A model generated the notes under the pieces. It saw nothing but the letters and a program-made list of their open reading frames with translations, had not been told where the DNA came from and ran no database searches. Source: Eledone cirrhosa (taxonomy: Eukaryota). Taken from it: DNA of 64,000 bases. Positions 24,801 through 38,894 of the stretch are shown here, piece by piece. The DNA is taken from NCBI GenBank assembly GCA_964016885.1, contig OZ024741.1, positions 121,706,001 through 121,770,000 of the forward strand. Reading direction: 5' to 3'. The stretch's first letter is position 1. Each line of letters begins with the position of its first letter. The translations under genes were made by a program, and so were the position numbers.

Positions 24801-27800
24801 TTATTGTTGTTGTGGTTATTGTTGTAGTTATTTTTGTTGTAGCTATTGTTGTTGTGGTTATTGTTGTTGTGTTTATTGTTGTTGTGGTTATTGTTGTTGT
24901 GGTTGTTGTTGTTGTTGTTGTTGTGATTATTGTGGTTGTGGTTATCGTTGTTGTTGTTATTGTTGTAGTTATTGTTGTTGTGGTTATTGTTGTGGTTATA
25001 TTTGTTGTGGTTATTGTTGTTGTAGTTATTATTGTTGTGGTTATTGTTGTTGTGGTTATTGTTGTTGTGGTTATTGTTGTTATGGTTATTGTTGTGCTTA
25101 TTTTGTTGTGGTTATTGTTGTTGTAGTTATTGTTGTTGTGGTTATTGTTGTTATGGTTATTGTTGTTGTGGTTATTGTTGTTGTGCTTATTATTGTTGCG
25201 GTTATTGTTTTTGTGGTTATTGTTGTTGTTATTGTTGTTATGGTTATTTTTGTTGTAGTTATTGTTGTTGTGGTTATTGTTGTTGTGGTTATTGTTGTTG
25301 TGGTTATTGTTGTTGTGGTTATTGTTGTTGTAGTTATTGTTGTTGTGATTATTGTTGTTGTAGTTATTGTTGTTGTGGTTATTGTTGTTGTAGTTATTGT
25401 TGTTATAGTTATTGTTGTGGTTATTGTTGTTGTGGTTATTGTTGTTGTATTTATTGTTTTTGTTGTTATTGTTGTTGTGGTTATTGTTGTAGTTATTTTT
25501 GTTGTAGCTATTGTTGTTGTGGTTATTGTTGTTGTGGTTATTGTTGTTGTGGTTATTGTTGTTATGGTTGTTGCTGTTGTTGTTGTTGTTGTTGTTGTGA
25601 TTATTGTGGTTGTGGTTATTATTGTTGTTGTTATTGTTGTAGTTATTATTGTTGTGGTTATTGTTGTGGTTATATTTGTTGTGTTTATTGTTGTTGTAGT
25701 TATTATTGTTGTGGTTATTGTTGTTGTGGTTATTGTCGTTGTGGTTATTGTTGTTGTGGTTATTGTTGTTATGGCTATTGTTGTGGTTATTTTGTTGCGG
25801 TTATTGTTGTTGTAGTTATTGTTGTTGTGGTTATTGTTGTTATGGTTATTGTTGTTGTGGTTATTGTTGTTGTGGTTATTGTTGTTGTGGTTATTGTTTT
25901 TGTGGTTATTGTTGTTGTTATTGTTGTTGTGGTTATTGTTGTTGTGGTTTTGTTGTTGTGGTTATTGTTGTTGTGGTTATTGTTGTTGTGGTTATTGTTG
26001 TTGTGGTTATTTTTGTTGTAGTTATTGTTTTTGTTGTTATTATTGTTGTGATTATTGTTGTTGTAGTTATCGTTGTTGTGGTTATTGTTGTTGTGGTTAT
26101 TGTTGTTGTGGTTATTGTTGTTGTTGTTGTTTTTGTTGTTGTTGTTGTTGTGATTATTGTGGTTGTGGTTATTGTTGATGTTATTGTTGTAGTTATTGTT
26201 GTTGTGGTTATTGTTGTGGTTATATTTGTTGTGGTTATTGTTGTTGTAGTTATTATTGTTGTGGTTATTGTTGTTGTGGTTATTGTTGTTGTGGTTATTG
26301 TTGTTATGGTTATTGTTGTGGTTATTTTGTTGTGGTTATTGTTGTTGTAGTTATTGTTGTTGTGGTTATTGTTGTTATGGTTATTGTTGTTGTGGTTATT
26401 GTTGTTGTGGTTATTGTTGTTGTGGTTATTGTTTTTTTTGCCTATTGTTGTTGTTATTGTTGTTGTAGTTATTGTTGTTGTAGTTATTGTTGTTGTGGTT
26501 ATTGTTGTTGTGGTTATTGTTGTTGTGGTTATTGTTGTTGTAGTTATTGTTTTTGTTGTTATTGTTGTTGTGATTATTGTTGTTGTAGTTATTGTTGTTG
26601 TGGTTATTGTTGTTGTGGTTATTGTTGTGGTGGTCATTGTTGTTGTTATTCTTGTTTCGGTTATTGCTTTGTGTTTATTGTTGTTGTAGTTATTGTTGTT
26701 GTGTTTATTCTTGTGATGGTTATTGTTGTTGTGGTTATTGTTGTTGTTGTTATTGTTGTTGTAGTTATTGTTGTTGTAGTTATTGTTGTTGTTGTTATTG
26801 TTGTTGTGGTTATTCTTGTTGTAGTTATTATTTTTGTTCTTATTGTTGTTGTGGTTATTGTTGTAGTTATTTTTGTTGTAGCTATTGTTGTTGTGGTTAT
26901 TGTTGTTGTGCTTATTGTTGTTGTGGTTATTGTTGTTATGGTTGTTGTTGTTGTTGTTGTTGTGATTATTGTGGTTGTGGTTATTATTGTTGTTGTTATT
27001 GTTGTAGTTATAATTGTTGTGGTTATTGTTGTGGTTATATTTGTTGTGGTTATTGTTGTTGTAGTTATTGTTGTTGTGGTTATTGTTGTTATGATTATTG
27101 TTGTTGTGGTTAGTGTTGTTGTGGTTATTGTTGTTGTGGTTATTGTTTTTGTGGTTATTGTTGTTGTTATTGTTGTTGTGGTTATTGTTGTTGTGGTTAT
27201 TGTTGTTGTGGTTATTGTTGTTGTGGTTATTGTTGTTGTGGTTATTGTTGTTGTGGTTATTGTTTTTGTTGTTATTATTGTTGTGATTATTGTTGTTGTA
27301 ATTATCGTTGTTGTGGTTATTGTTGTTGTGGTTATTGTTGTTGTTGTTGTTGTTTTTGTTGTTGTTGTTGTTGTTTTTGTTGTTGTTGTTGTTGTTGTTG
27401 TTGTGATTATTGTGGTTGTGGTTATTGTTGATGTTATTGTTGTAGTTATTGTTGTTGTGGTTATTGTTGTGGTTATATTTGTTGTGGTTATTGTTGTTGT
27501 AGTTATTATTGTTGTGGTTATTGTTGTTGTGGTTATTGTTGTTGTGGTTATTGTTGTTATGGTTATTGTTGTGGTTATTGTTGTTATGGTTATTGTTGTT
27601 GTGGATATTGTTGTTGTGGTTATTGTTGTTGTGGTTATTGTTGTAGTTATTGTTGTTGTGGTTATTGTTGTTGTGGTTATTGTTGTTGTGGTTATTGTTG
27701 TTGTGGTTATTGTTGTTGTAGTTATTGTTTTTGTTGTTATTGTTGTGATTATTGTTGTTGTAGTTATTGTTGTTGTGGTTATTGTTGTTGTGGTTATTGT

Positions 27801-30800
27801 TGTGGTGGTCATTGTTGTTGTTATTGTTGTTTCGGTTATTGCTTTGTGTTTATTGTTGTTGCAGTTATTGTTGTTGTGGTTATTGTTGTCATGGTTATTG
27901 TTGTTGTGGTTATTGTTGTTGTAGTTATTGTTGTTGTAGTTATTGTTGTTGTAGTTATTGTTGTTGTGGTTATTGTTGTTGTGGTTATTGTTGTTGTGGT
28001 TATTGTTGTTGTAGTTATTGTTTTTGTTGTTATTGTTGTTGTGATTATTGTTGTTGTAGTTATTGTTGTTGTGGTTATTGTTGTTGTGGTTATTGTTGTG
28101 GTGGTCATTGTTGTTGTTATTCTTGTTTCGGTTATTGCTTTGTGTTTATTGTTGTTGTAGTTATTGTTGTTGTGTTTATTCTTGTGATGGTTATTGTTGT
28201 TGTGGTTATTGTTGTTGTTGTTATTGTTGTTGTAGTTATTGTTGTTGTAGTTATTGTTGTTGTTGTTATTGTTGTTGTGGTTATTCTTGTTGTAGTTATT
28301 ATTTTTGTTCTTATTGTTGTTGTGGTTATTGTTGTAGTTATTTTTGTTGTAGCTATTGTTGTTGTGGTTATTGTTGTTGTGCTTATTGTTGTTGTGGTTA
28401 TTGTTGTTATGGTTGTTGTTGTTGTTGTTGTTGTGATTATTGTGGTTGTGGTTATTATTGTTGTTGTTATTGTTGTAGTTATAATTGTTGTGGTTATTGT
28501 TGTGGTTATATTTGTTGTGGTTATTGTTGTTGTAGTTATTGTTGTTGTGGTTATTGTTGTTATGATTATTGTTGTTGTGGTTAGTGTTGTTGTGGTTATT
28601 GTTGTTGTGGTTATTGTTTTTGTGGTTATTGTTGTTGTTATTGTTGTTGTGGTTATTGTTGTTGTGGTTATTGTTGTTGTGGTTATTGTTGTTGTGGTTA
28701 TTGTTGTTGTGGTTATTGTTGTTGTGGTTATTGTTTTTGTTGTTATTATTGTTGTGATTATTGTTGTTGTAATTATCGTTGTTGTGGTTATTGTTGTTGT
28801 GGTTATTGTTGTTGTTGTTGTTGTTGTTTTTGTTGTTGTTGTTGTTGTTTTTGTTGTTGTTGTTGTTGTTGTTGTTGTGATTATTGTGGTTGTGGTTATT
28901 GTTGATGTTATTGTTGTAGTTATTGTTGTTGTGGTTATTGTTGTGGTTATATTTGTTGTGGTTATTGTTGTTGTAGTTATTATTGTTGTGGTTATTGTTG
29001 TTGTGGTTATTGTTGTTGTGGTTATTGTTGTTATGGTTATTGTTGTGGTTATTGTTGTTATGGTTATTGTTGTTGTGGATATTGTTGTTGTGGTTATTGT
29101 TGTTGTGGTTATTGTTGTTGTGGTTATTGTTGTTGTGGTTATTGTTGTTGTAGTTATTGTTTTTGTTGTTATTGTTGTGATTATTGTTGTTGTAGTTATT
29201 GTTGTTGTGGTTATTGTTGTTGTGGTTATTGTTGTGGTGGTCATTGTTGTTGTTATTGTTGTTTCGGTTATTGCTTTGTGTTTATTGTTGTTGCAGTTAT
29301 TGTTGTTGTGGTTATTGTTGTCATGGTTATTGTTGTTGTGGTTATTGTTGTTGTTGTTATTGTTGTTGTAGTTATTGTTGTTGTAGTTATTGTTGTTGTT
29401 GTTATTGTTGTTGTGGTTATTGTTGTTGTAGTTATTGTTTTTGTTCTTATTGTTGTTGTGGTTATTGTTGTTGTGGTTGTTGTTGTTGATGTTGTGATTA
29501 TTGTGGTTGTGGTTATTGTTGTAGTTATTATTGTTGTGGTTATTGTTGTGGTTATATTTGTTGTGATTATTGTTGTTGTAGTTATTATTGTTGTGGTTGC
29601 TGTTGTTGTGGTTATTGTTGTTGTGGTTATTGTTGTTGTGGTTATTGATGTTATGGTTATTGTTTTGGTTATTTTGTTGTGGTTATTGTTGTTGTAGTTA
29701 TTGTTGTTGCGGTCATTGTTGTTATGGTTATTGTTGTTGTGGTTATTGTTGTTGTGGTTATTGTTGTTGTGGTTATTGTTTTTGTGGTTATTGTTGTTGT
29801 TATTGTTGTTGTGGTTATTGTTGTTGTAGTTATTGTTGTTGTGATTATTGTTGTTGTGGTTATTGTTGTTGTGGTTATTGTTGTTGTGGTTATTGTTGTT
29901 GTAGTTATTGTTTTTGTTGTTATTGTTGTTGTGATTATTGTTGTTGTGGTTGTCGTTGTTGTGGTTATTGTTGTTGTGGTTATTGTTGTTGTGGTTATTG
30001 TTGTTGTTGTTGTTGTTTTTGTTGTTGTTGTTGTTGTTGTGATTATTGTGGTTGTGGTTATTGTTGATGTTATTGTTGTAGTTATTGTTGTTGTGGTTAT
30101 TGTTGTGGTTATATTTGTTGTGGTTATTGTTGTTGGAGTTATTATTGTTGTGGTTATTTTTGTTGTGGTTATTGTTGTTGTGGTTATTGTTGTTATGGTT
30201 ATTGTTGTGGTTATTTTGTTGTGGTTATTGTTGTAGTTATTGTTGTTGTGGTTATTGTTGTTATGGTTATTGTTGTTGTGGTTATTGTTGTTGTGGTTAT
30301 TGTTGTTGTGGTTATTGTTTTTGTGGTTTTTGTTGTTGTTATTGTTGTTGTGGTTATTGTTGTTGTAGTTATTGTTGTGGTTATTGTTGTTGTGGTTATT
30401 GTTGTTGTGGTTACTGTTGTTGTGGTTATTGTTGTTGTAGTTATTGTGTTTGTTATTGTTGTTGTGGTTATTGTTGTTGTGGTTATTGTTGTTGTGGTTA
30501 TTGTTGTTGTGGTTATTGTTGTTATGGTTATTGTTGTTGTAGTTATTGTTTTTGTTGTTATTGTTGTTGTGATTATTGTTGTTGTAGTTATCGTTGTTGT
30601 GGTTATTGTTGTTGTGGTTATTGTTGTTGTGGTTATTGTTGTTGTTGTTGTTGTTGTTGTGGTTGTGGTTATTGTTGATGTTATTGTTGTAGTTATTGTT
30701 GTTGTGGTTATTGTTGTTGTAGTAATATTTGTTGTGGTTATTGTTGTTGTAGTTATTGTTGTTGTGGTTATTGTTATTGTGGTTATTGTTGACGTGTTTA

Positions 30801-32280
30801 TTGTTGTTATGGTTATTGTTGTGGTTATTTTGTTGTGGTTATTGTTGTTGTAGTTATTGCTGTTGTGGTTATTGTTGTTGTAGTTATTGTTGTTGTGGTT
30901 ATTGTTGTTGTGGTTATTGTTGTTGTGTTTATTGTTGTTATGGTTATTGTTGTGGTTATTTTGTTGTGGTTATTGTTGTTGTAGTTATTGCTGTTGTGGT
31001 TATTTTTGTTGTAATTATTGTTGTTGTGGTTATTGTTGTTGTGGTTATTGTTGTTGTGGTAATTGTTGTTGTGGTTATTGTTGTTGTGGTTATTGTTTTT
31101 GTGGTTATTTTTCTTGTTGTGTTTATTGTTGTGGTGGTTATTGTTGTTGTTATTGTTGTTTCGGTTATTGCTTTGTGTTTATTGTTGTTGTCGTTATTGT
31201 TGTTGTCGTTATTGTTGTTGTGGTTTTTGTTGTTGTTGTGGTGGTTATTGTTGTGGTTATTGTTGTTTCGGTTATTGCTTTTTGTTTATTGTTGTTGTGG
31301 TTTTTGTTGTTGTTGTTGTGGTTATTGTTGTGGTTATTGTTGTTGTGGTTATTGTTTTTGTGGTCATTGTTGTTGTAATTATTGTTGTTGTTGTTGTGAT
31401 TATTGTTGTTGTGGTTATTGTTGTTTTTGTTATTGTTGTAGTTATTGTTGTTGTGGTTATTGTTGTGGTTATTTTTGTTGTGTTTATTGTTGTTGTAGTT
31501 ATTGTCGTTGTGGTTATTGTTGTTGTGGTTATTGTTGTTGTGGTTATTGTTGTTATGGTTATTGTTGTGATTATTTTATTTTGGTTATTGTTGTTGTAGT
31601 TATTTCTGTTGTGGTTATTGTTGTTGTTGTTATTGTTGTTGTGATTATTTTTGTTGTGGTTATTGTTATCGTAGTTATTTTTGGTGTGGTTATTATTGTT
31701 GTTGTTGTTGTGGTTATTTTTGTTGTGGTTATTTTTGTGGTTATTTTTATTGTTGTGGTTATTGTTGTTGTTGTTGTTGTTGTTGTTATTGTTTTTGTGG
31801 TTATTATTGTTGTGGTTATTGTTGTAGTTATTGTTGTTGTGGTTATTGTTTTTGTGGTTATTGTTGTTGAAGTTATTGTTTTTGTGGTTATTGTTGTTGT
31901 GGTTATTGTTGTTGTGGTTATTGTTGTTGTGGTTACTGTTGTTGTGGTTATTGTTGTTGTGGTTATTGTTGTTGTAGTTATTGTTATTGTGGTTAATGTT
32001 ATTGCTGTTGTTGTTGTTGTTATTGTTGTTGTGGTTATTGTTGTTGTAGTTATTGTTGTTGTGGTTATTGTTGTTGTGGTTATTGTTGTTGTGGTTATTG
32101 TTTTTGTGGTTATTGTTTTTGTATTTATTGTTATTGTGGTTATTGTTATTGTGGTTATTGTTGTTGTGGTTATTGCTGTTGTGGTTAATGCTGTTGTGGT
32201 TATTATTGTTGTGGTTATTGTGGTTGTGGTTATTGTTGTTGTGGTTAATGCTATTGTGGTTATTGTTGTTGTGGTTATGA

Positions 32281-32314
<34 letters not shown>

Positions 32315-33074
32315 GGTTATTGTTGTTGTTATTGTTGTTGTGGTTATCGTTGTTGTGGTTATTGTTGTTGTTGTTATTGTTGTTGTTGTTATTGTTGTTG
32401 TGGTTATTTTTGTTGTGGTTATTGTTATCGTAGTTATTTTTGGTGTGGTTATTATTGTTGTTGTTGTTGTGGTTATTTTTCTTGTGGTTATTTTTGTGGT
32501 TATTTTTATTGTTGTGGCTATTGTTGCTGTTGTTGTTGCTATTGTTGTTGTAGTTATTGTTTTTGTGGTTATTGTTGTTGTGGTTATGGTTGTTGTTATT
32601 GTTGCTTTTGTTTTTGTTGTGTTTATTGTTGTTGTGGTTATTGTTGTTGTGGTTATTGTTGTTGTGGTTATGATTGTTGTGGTTATTGTTGTTGTAGTTA
32701 TTGTTGTTGTGGTTATTGTTGTTGTGGTTATTGTTGTTGTGGTTACTGTTGTTGTGGTTATTGTTGTTGTAGTTATTGTTATTGCGGTTATTGTTATTGC
32801 TGTTGTTGTTGTTGTTATTGTTGTTGTGGTTATTGTTGTTGTAGTTATTGTTGTTGTGGTTATTGTTGTTGTGGTTATTGTTGTTGTGGTTATTGTTTTT
32901 GTGCTTATTGTTTTTGTAGTTATTGTTATTGTGGTTATTGTTGTTGTGGTTATTGTTGTTGTGGTTATTGCTGTTGTGGTTAATGCTGTTGTGGTTATTG
33001 TTGTTGTGGTTATTGTTGTTGTGGTTATTGTTGTTGTGGTTAATGGTGTTGTGGTTATTTTTGTTGTGGTTATG

Positions 33075-33106
<32 letters not shown>

Positions 33107-33537
33107 GGTTATTGTTGTTGTTATTCTTGTTGGGGTTATTGTTGTTGTGGTTATTGTTGTTGTGGTTATTGTTGTTGTAGTTATTGCTGTTGTGGGTATT
33201 GTTGTTGTGGTTATTGTTGTTGTAGTTATTTTTGCTGTGGTTATTGTTGTGGTTATTGTTATTGTTGTGGTTATTGTTGTTTTTGTTGTTGTGGTTATTC
33301 TTGTTGTGGTTATTGTTGTGGTTATTCTTATTGTTGTTGTTATCGTTGTTGTTGTCGTTGTCTTTGTGTTTATTCTTGTTGTTTTTATCGTTGTTGTTGT
33401 TGTTGTGGTTATTGTTGTTGTTGTGGTTATTGTTGTTGTAGTTATTGTTGTGGTTATTGTTGTGGTTATTGTTCTTGTGGTTATTGTTGTTGTGGTTATT
33501 GTTGTTATGGTTATTGTTGTGGTTATTGTTGTTGTGG

Positions 33538-33569
<32 letters not shown>

Positions 33570-34440
33570 ATTGTTGTGGTTATTGCTGTGGTTATTGTTG
33601 TTGTGGTTATTGTTGTTGTGGTTATTGTTGTTGTGGTTATTGTTGTTGTGGTTATTGTTGTTGTGGTTATTGTTTTTGTGGTTATTGTTGTTGTGGTTTT
33701 TGTAGTTATTGTTGCTGTGGTTATTGCTGTTGTGGTTATTGTTGTCGTAGTTATTGTTGTTGTTGTTATTGTTGTTGTGGTTATTGTTGTTGTGGTTATT
33801 GTTGTTGTGGTTATTGTTGTTGAGGTTATTGTTGCTGTGGTTATTGTTTTTGTAGTTATTGTTGCTGTGGTTATTGTTGCTGTGGTTATTGTTGCTGTGG
33901 TTATTTTTTTTTTATTGTTGTTGTGTTTATTGTTGTGATTATTGTTATTGTTGTTGTGGTTATTGTTGTTGTGGTTGTTGTTGTTATTGTTGTTGTGGTT
34001 ATTATTGCTCTGGTTATTGTTGTTGTTGTTATTATTATTGTTGTTGTTGTTATTATTGTTGCGGTTATTGTTGTTATAGTTACTGTTGTTGTTGTTGTTG
34101 TGCTTATTATTGTTGTTGTTTTTATTGTTATTGTTGTGGTTATTGTTGTTGTTATTTTTGTCGTGGTTATTTTTGTGGTTATTGTTTTTGTTGTTGTGGT
34201 TATTTTCTGGTTATTGTTGTTGTTTTTGTTGTTGTTATTGTTGTCAACATCCTTGTACTTTTGGTTGCTTTAATAATTCTCCTTGTGGGTCAATATTGAT
34301 GGTGTGTTATTGTTGTTATTGCTATTGTTATTGGTATTTTTGTTCATTATTGGTGGTTCGTTGTTGTTGGCGCTACCGTCAATCGTTGTAGTTGTTGATA
34401 ATGTTGTCGTTGTTGACATTGTTGTTACTGTTGCTGTTGT
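19745..34440. repeat. ~14.7 kb (GTT)n-derived satellite, core unit GTTATTGTTGTTGTG, with higher-order repeats
   Basis: Continuous G/T-rich triplet array. Identical junk ORFs at 26592/28063 and 27098/28569 show a 1471-bp duplication; 21393/25032 show a ~3.6-kb offset repeat. Confidence 0.95.
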
Positions 34441-34522
34441 CAATCATATCTAGTAAGTTAGTGAAATAATTTTGTTAACTTGAGTATTATCTCTACCGTC
34501 AGTCATTTAAATTTTACTCTAG

Positions 34523-34584
34523 GTATAGACCATACATGAACAGATCAAATTCCGTTGACATCTTAAACTATGTAAGAAAATTTG
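34523..34584 (+). CDS. Candidate exon of the RasGEF gene (YRPYMNRSNSVDILNYVRKF-G)
   Basis: 'ttttactctag|' acceptor and 'ttg|gtaaga' donor; 62 nt, phases 2 to 1 fit both neighbours. Confidence 0.6.
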
Positions 34585-34806
34585 GTAAGAATTAATCTTT
34601 GAATCTTTTACGAAGCACCCAACAAAATAAGACAACTCACATTACATATTCACTTCATAACAAAAAGAAATGTATTTATTGTACGCCTAACTCCCGACAG
34701 AGCCGTAGGTGTGCCGCGTTGGTGGATTTCTCCCCTCTGCCATGTACGACCGAAAGCTAAATCGATAAGAAGATAGACAAACATAGAAAAAGTGATAGAG
34801 AAAGCA

Positions 34807-34870
<64 letters not shown>

Positions 34871-34993
34871 TATGCATATATGTATGCATGCATATATGGA
34901 GACTTAACTCCTGGTGGAATCGTAAGAACGTCGTAATGACATGCAGATTATCTTGGGCACTTTTAAAACCTGACAGAGCCCATTTTTCTCCAG

Positions 34994-35024
34994 GTTTGAA
35001 CACAGCTGATTTTTTCCAAAGAAG
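34994..35024 (+). CDS. 31-nt microexon of the RasGEF gene (G-LNTADFFQR-R)
   Basis: CTGAC branch-like site, 'tttttctccag|' acceptor and 'aag|gtgagt' donor; phase fits exon 40029. Confidence 0.7.
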
Positions 35025-35079
35025 GTGAGTGAGAAAGGGCGAGAGAGTGAGAGAGGGGGGGGGGGGGTGAATAGAAAAA

Positions 35080-35930
35080 TCAATCCCAGCACAGAACTGC
35101 TACTTCTTTTATCAACATCGAAAGGACGAATGGCAAAATTGACCTCAGTGGGTTTTAAACTCAGAACATAGAAATTCATAACTAAATATTGCAAAGCATG
35201 TTGTCCGACGTTCTACCATTACTGTCACCCCACCCAATAATAATAATTGTTTCTACTTTTGGCACAAGGCCAGCAATTACCCTGTGCATTACTGGTACTT
35301 TATTTTATCGACCCGGTAAGGATGAAAGGCAAAGTTAACCTCGACGGGATTTGAACTCAGACCGTAAAGGGACGTAAATAATGGTTTCTGATTTTAGGCA
35401 CAAAGGAAATAATTTTGGGGCAGCGGAAAGACGATTAAATCGATCTAGTGCATTACTGGTACTTTATTTTATTGAACCCCCGTAAGGATGAAAAGCATAG
35501 CTAACCTCGGTGGGATTTGAGCCTAGAACGTAAAGGGCTGTAACTCATTGCCACGAAGCACGCCGGAACACAGAGGTGCACCAGGTGATGCATTAGAAAC
35601 TTATCTCGGCTGGATTTCAACTCAGAACTTAAACGGCTGTAACTATATGCCGCCAAGCATGTTGTCCGACGCTCTACTGATTCTACCAATTCCCTGCCCT
35701 TTGTCACCGAAGAAATAATGGTTTCTGATTTATACACGCGGTCAATGATTTTGGGGGACGGGAAAGTCGATTAAATCGAGCCAATGCGTTATTCGTACTT
35801 TATTTTATCAACCCCGTAAAGATGAAAGGCAAAGCTAACCTTAATGGGTTTGAACCAAGAACGTAAAGGGATGTAACTTTATGTGACAAAACATGTTATT
35901 TGACGCTATATCGATACTGCTAATACTCTC
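35080..35930 (-). mobile_element. Cluster of 4-5 tandem/nested SINE family 1 copies
   Basis: Repeated 'gtactttattttatcgaccc.gtaaggatgaaaggcaaagttaacctcg..gggatttgaactcag' blocks. Confidence 0.8.
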
Positions 35931-36527
35931 AGGTTATCGAAGAAATAAAAAAAAAACGATACCAGTGTCCAAAATAATTTAAAAATAAATGTAAATATAG
36001 TAATGAATGTGTATTTTTTAAGACCAACTTGCCCCTTCCCACATCAACACACGACTTCAGATCAGATCAGTTGCCTAACAAGTGTAACATAGGAACATAT
36101 TATATTTCAGGGAAGAGAAGCAGTGAAGATGTTGCCGAAAAGATGTCAATATACTCTTTGAAACAGCCTACCAATTTACTTAAGTGTAAAAGAGTGCGGT
36201 AATACTGTTATATATTATGTTTATAAAAACAAAACAAAAAAACATCAACGAAAATCTTCAGTTGTTTATACACTCTATTAGTCTAGTGGCTTCTTTTGGT
36301 CAAAACGGAGAATCAACATATTCGTTAGGGCGTCGTAATTAAAAATACCTCAGTATTTTTTCCGGCTCACTGTAATGTGAGTTGAAATCCTGCTGGGGTC
36401 AAGTTTTCCTTTCTTCATTTCGGGGTCAATAAATAAAATAGCAGTCCAGTACAGGAGTTGGTGTTTCCACTATCTCTTTATATTACTTTCTTCTCTGGAA
36501 GAAATCTGCTGTGTTATAATTTGAAAC

Positions 36528-37010
36528 GGGATGGGCACAGCTTGGTTTTAAACAACTAAGATACACTGTGTATCAGGATGGCGCCCCTACGATTTCATCA
36601 AGAGTTAAGTGCCCTTTACTTCTTTTGATTAGGCAAAATATGCATTCCAGTTGTAACGGATTGCTCGATATCATCCACCGATTGTATTGTTTTTTTACGC
36701 TTCAAAGAATGTATGCCTTATATACCCGTGTGCATAAGTCACACGGCTATTTTTACATGCAACATTTACACTGTACGATATATTTTGAATTGGAGTCTTG
36801 TAGACCCAGTAGAGGCGTCGCTTGTTTGTTTTTCACATTTTATTTTTGCCTTAAGAACTCCATACTCATGATTGAGTTTTTTCTGATGCAATGTTTCGCA
36901 GCTGGATCTTTTTCTGGCACGAAGTCTTTTAGTCACGTCCATCTCTTCGGATGGCTGGAAATAAATAAATAAAAAAAAATAGTTGTTTAAAACCAAGCTG
37001 TGCCCATCCC
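36528..37010. mobile_element. MITE / non-autonomous DNA transposon with ~31-bp perfect TIRs
   Basis: GGGATGGGCACAGCTTGGTTTTAAACAACTA at 36528 and its reverse complement ending at 37010; no TSD recognised. Confidence 0.75.
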
Positions 37011-37014
37011 TGTT

Positions 37015-37402
37015 TAGCGCATAATTGGCAGTATCGGTACAGGGTCGGACGCCATGCTTTGACGTATAGAGTTACGGCCCTTGCCATTCTGAGTTCAAAT
37101 CCCGTTGAAGTTAACTTTGCCTTTCATCCTTACGGGGTCGATAAAATAAAGTACCAGTAATGCACTGGGTAATTGCTGGCCTTGTGCCAAAAGTAGAAAC
37201 AATTATTAAGTTAGGCGGTGGATTGGCAGTATCGGTAGAGGGCCGGACGACATGCTTTGGAGCATAGAGTTACGGCCCTTGCCATTCTGAGTTCAAATCC
37301 CGTCGAGGTTAACATTGTTCATCCTTACGAGGTCGATAAAATAACGTACCAGTAACGGACTAGTTAATTGCTGGCCTGATGCCAAAAGTAGAAACAATTA
37401 TT
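37015..37402 (+). mobile_element. Tandem pair of tRNA-derived SINE family 1
   Basis: A-box-like TGGCAGTATCGG, B-box GAGTTCAAATCC, ending in aacaattatt. Further copies at 42712-42895(-), 46645-46832(-), 53575-53715(-), 53748-53880(+) and 62352-62458(+). Confidence 0.88.
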
Positions 37403-37784
37403 AAGATCGTTCATTGGTTGGGTTAAACCACATGGTAGTGTTGGTAAATCAGCGACATCAGGTGAATACGCCAATGGTGGGAATTTGGCGACATTTGGCC
37501 ATTAACATTGAAGTATTTTAGAGTCATAAAATATAGTGGTGGCGTCATTGAATATGACACGTTATTTACAATGTGTATTTGGTGATGCTGGTGGAAATTA
37601 ATGTATGGGATAACTTTATAGTGGGTCTGATAAAGCTTCAAAGTTAATGGTACCACAAAGTTATCAATTCCCCATCGTTTGGTGTATTCAACTGAAGAGA
37701 TAGACACATTTGCTTTACGCAATCTGTGGTAATGTAGATATAAGTCAAACTGCGAATATAATATAACTTTTTTTCGTTTGCACC

Positions 37785-37837
<53 letters not shown>

Positions 37838-37839
<2 letters not shown>

Positions 37840-37995
37840 CGGCGATGAATTAGTTTTGCGAGGTTTTTTGTTAGATAAGTTAGATCGCAGATATATATAT
37901 ATAAAAGACAGCGAGAAGCGAAAACCAACCAAACAGTGAGTGTGTTCTGTTATTAATTCTGGCAATATTACGCAAATATGACCCTCCCCAAATAT

Positions 37996-38000
<5 letters not shown>
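37838..38000 (+). mobile_element. Miniature PLE end (same family as 47983-52508) with an inverted 5' tip
   Basis: 37838-37868 is the reverse complement of 52480-52508; 37898-38000 matches 52348-52450; (TA)n on both sides. Confidence 0.75.
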
Positions 38001-38054
<54 letters not shown>

Positions 38055-38553
38055 AACAAGTAAGACCCCGACGGCTGAGCTCAAGTCATTTCGACGACTA
38101 ATTTTGGACTGAATGAAAATTTATTCTGGTATTTAAATAGCTGAGCTTATCATATATGGTCAAAGAGATAATCACCAGGATTGGTCACATCACAAGTTAG
38201 TAGTAAATCTGTGATGGCAAATTGGTGGGGGAAGGGGTAGCAAACCTGCCGGTAGGAGAAAAAGGGATAGGGGTGGAGTAGACCCATTCATGCGTTGGTA
38301 GTGCTGGCCACAGCTGGGCGTGAGGTCAAAGAGGATACTGGGGAGGGGGAGGGGGAGGAAGTCGAAACGGTAAGTAGAACAATGAAGGGTAAAACTATAA
38401 AAAGTACTGAGAATGAAAAAAAAAAAGTAAAGTCTGGTTACTAAGACTTAAGTCTCTCGCTATTGCTAGGCTAAAGTAAACTAGTACGAGAATATAATTC
38501 AGGGTCCCTTTGGTGCGTTATGGTCCACCTGGTTCCTTACCACTTTTCCTTCG

Positions 38554-38628
<75 letters not shown>

Positions 38629-38894
38629 GAACATATCGTTTTTTACAAAAACAATATAAAAAATTGGGAACATAGGTGGAGAAGTTAAAACAGCCCAAAT
38701 ACAGTAGTTTATTATAATAAACAGTACAAAAGGCGATGTTTCATACTTCTTTGAAATATTTTTCAAACAAGCATATGTACAAAATCCTATTGTGTTAAAA
38801 ATAATAATTACACATGAAGCGTATTTATCATCTAAACTATAATAAAGTAAGGAGCGGGGGACTGCGTGCGGTTTATAATTGTTTATCCCATTAG

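Noticed and set aside
19667-34391. Long Val/Ile-, Cys/Gly/Tyr- (YCCCG, keratin-associated-protein-like) and Thr-rich ORFs
   Set aside because: They are translations of the GTT satellite, open in several frames on both strands with frequent frame switches.
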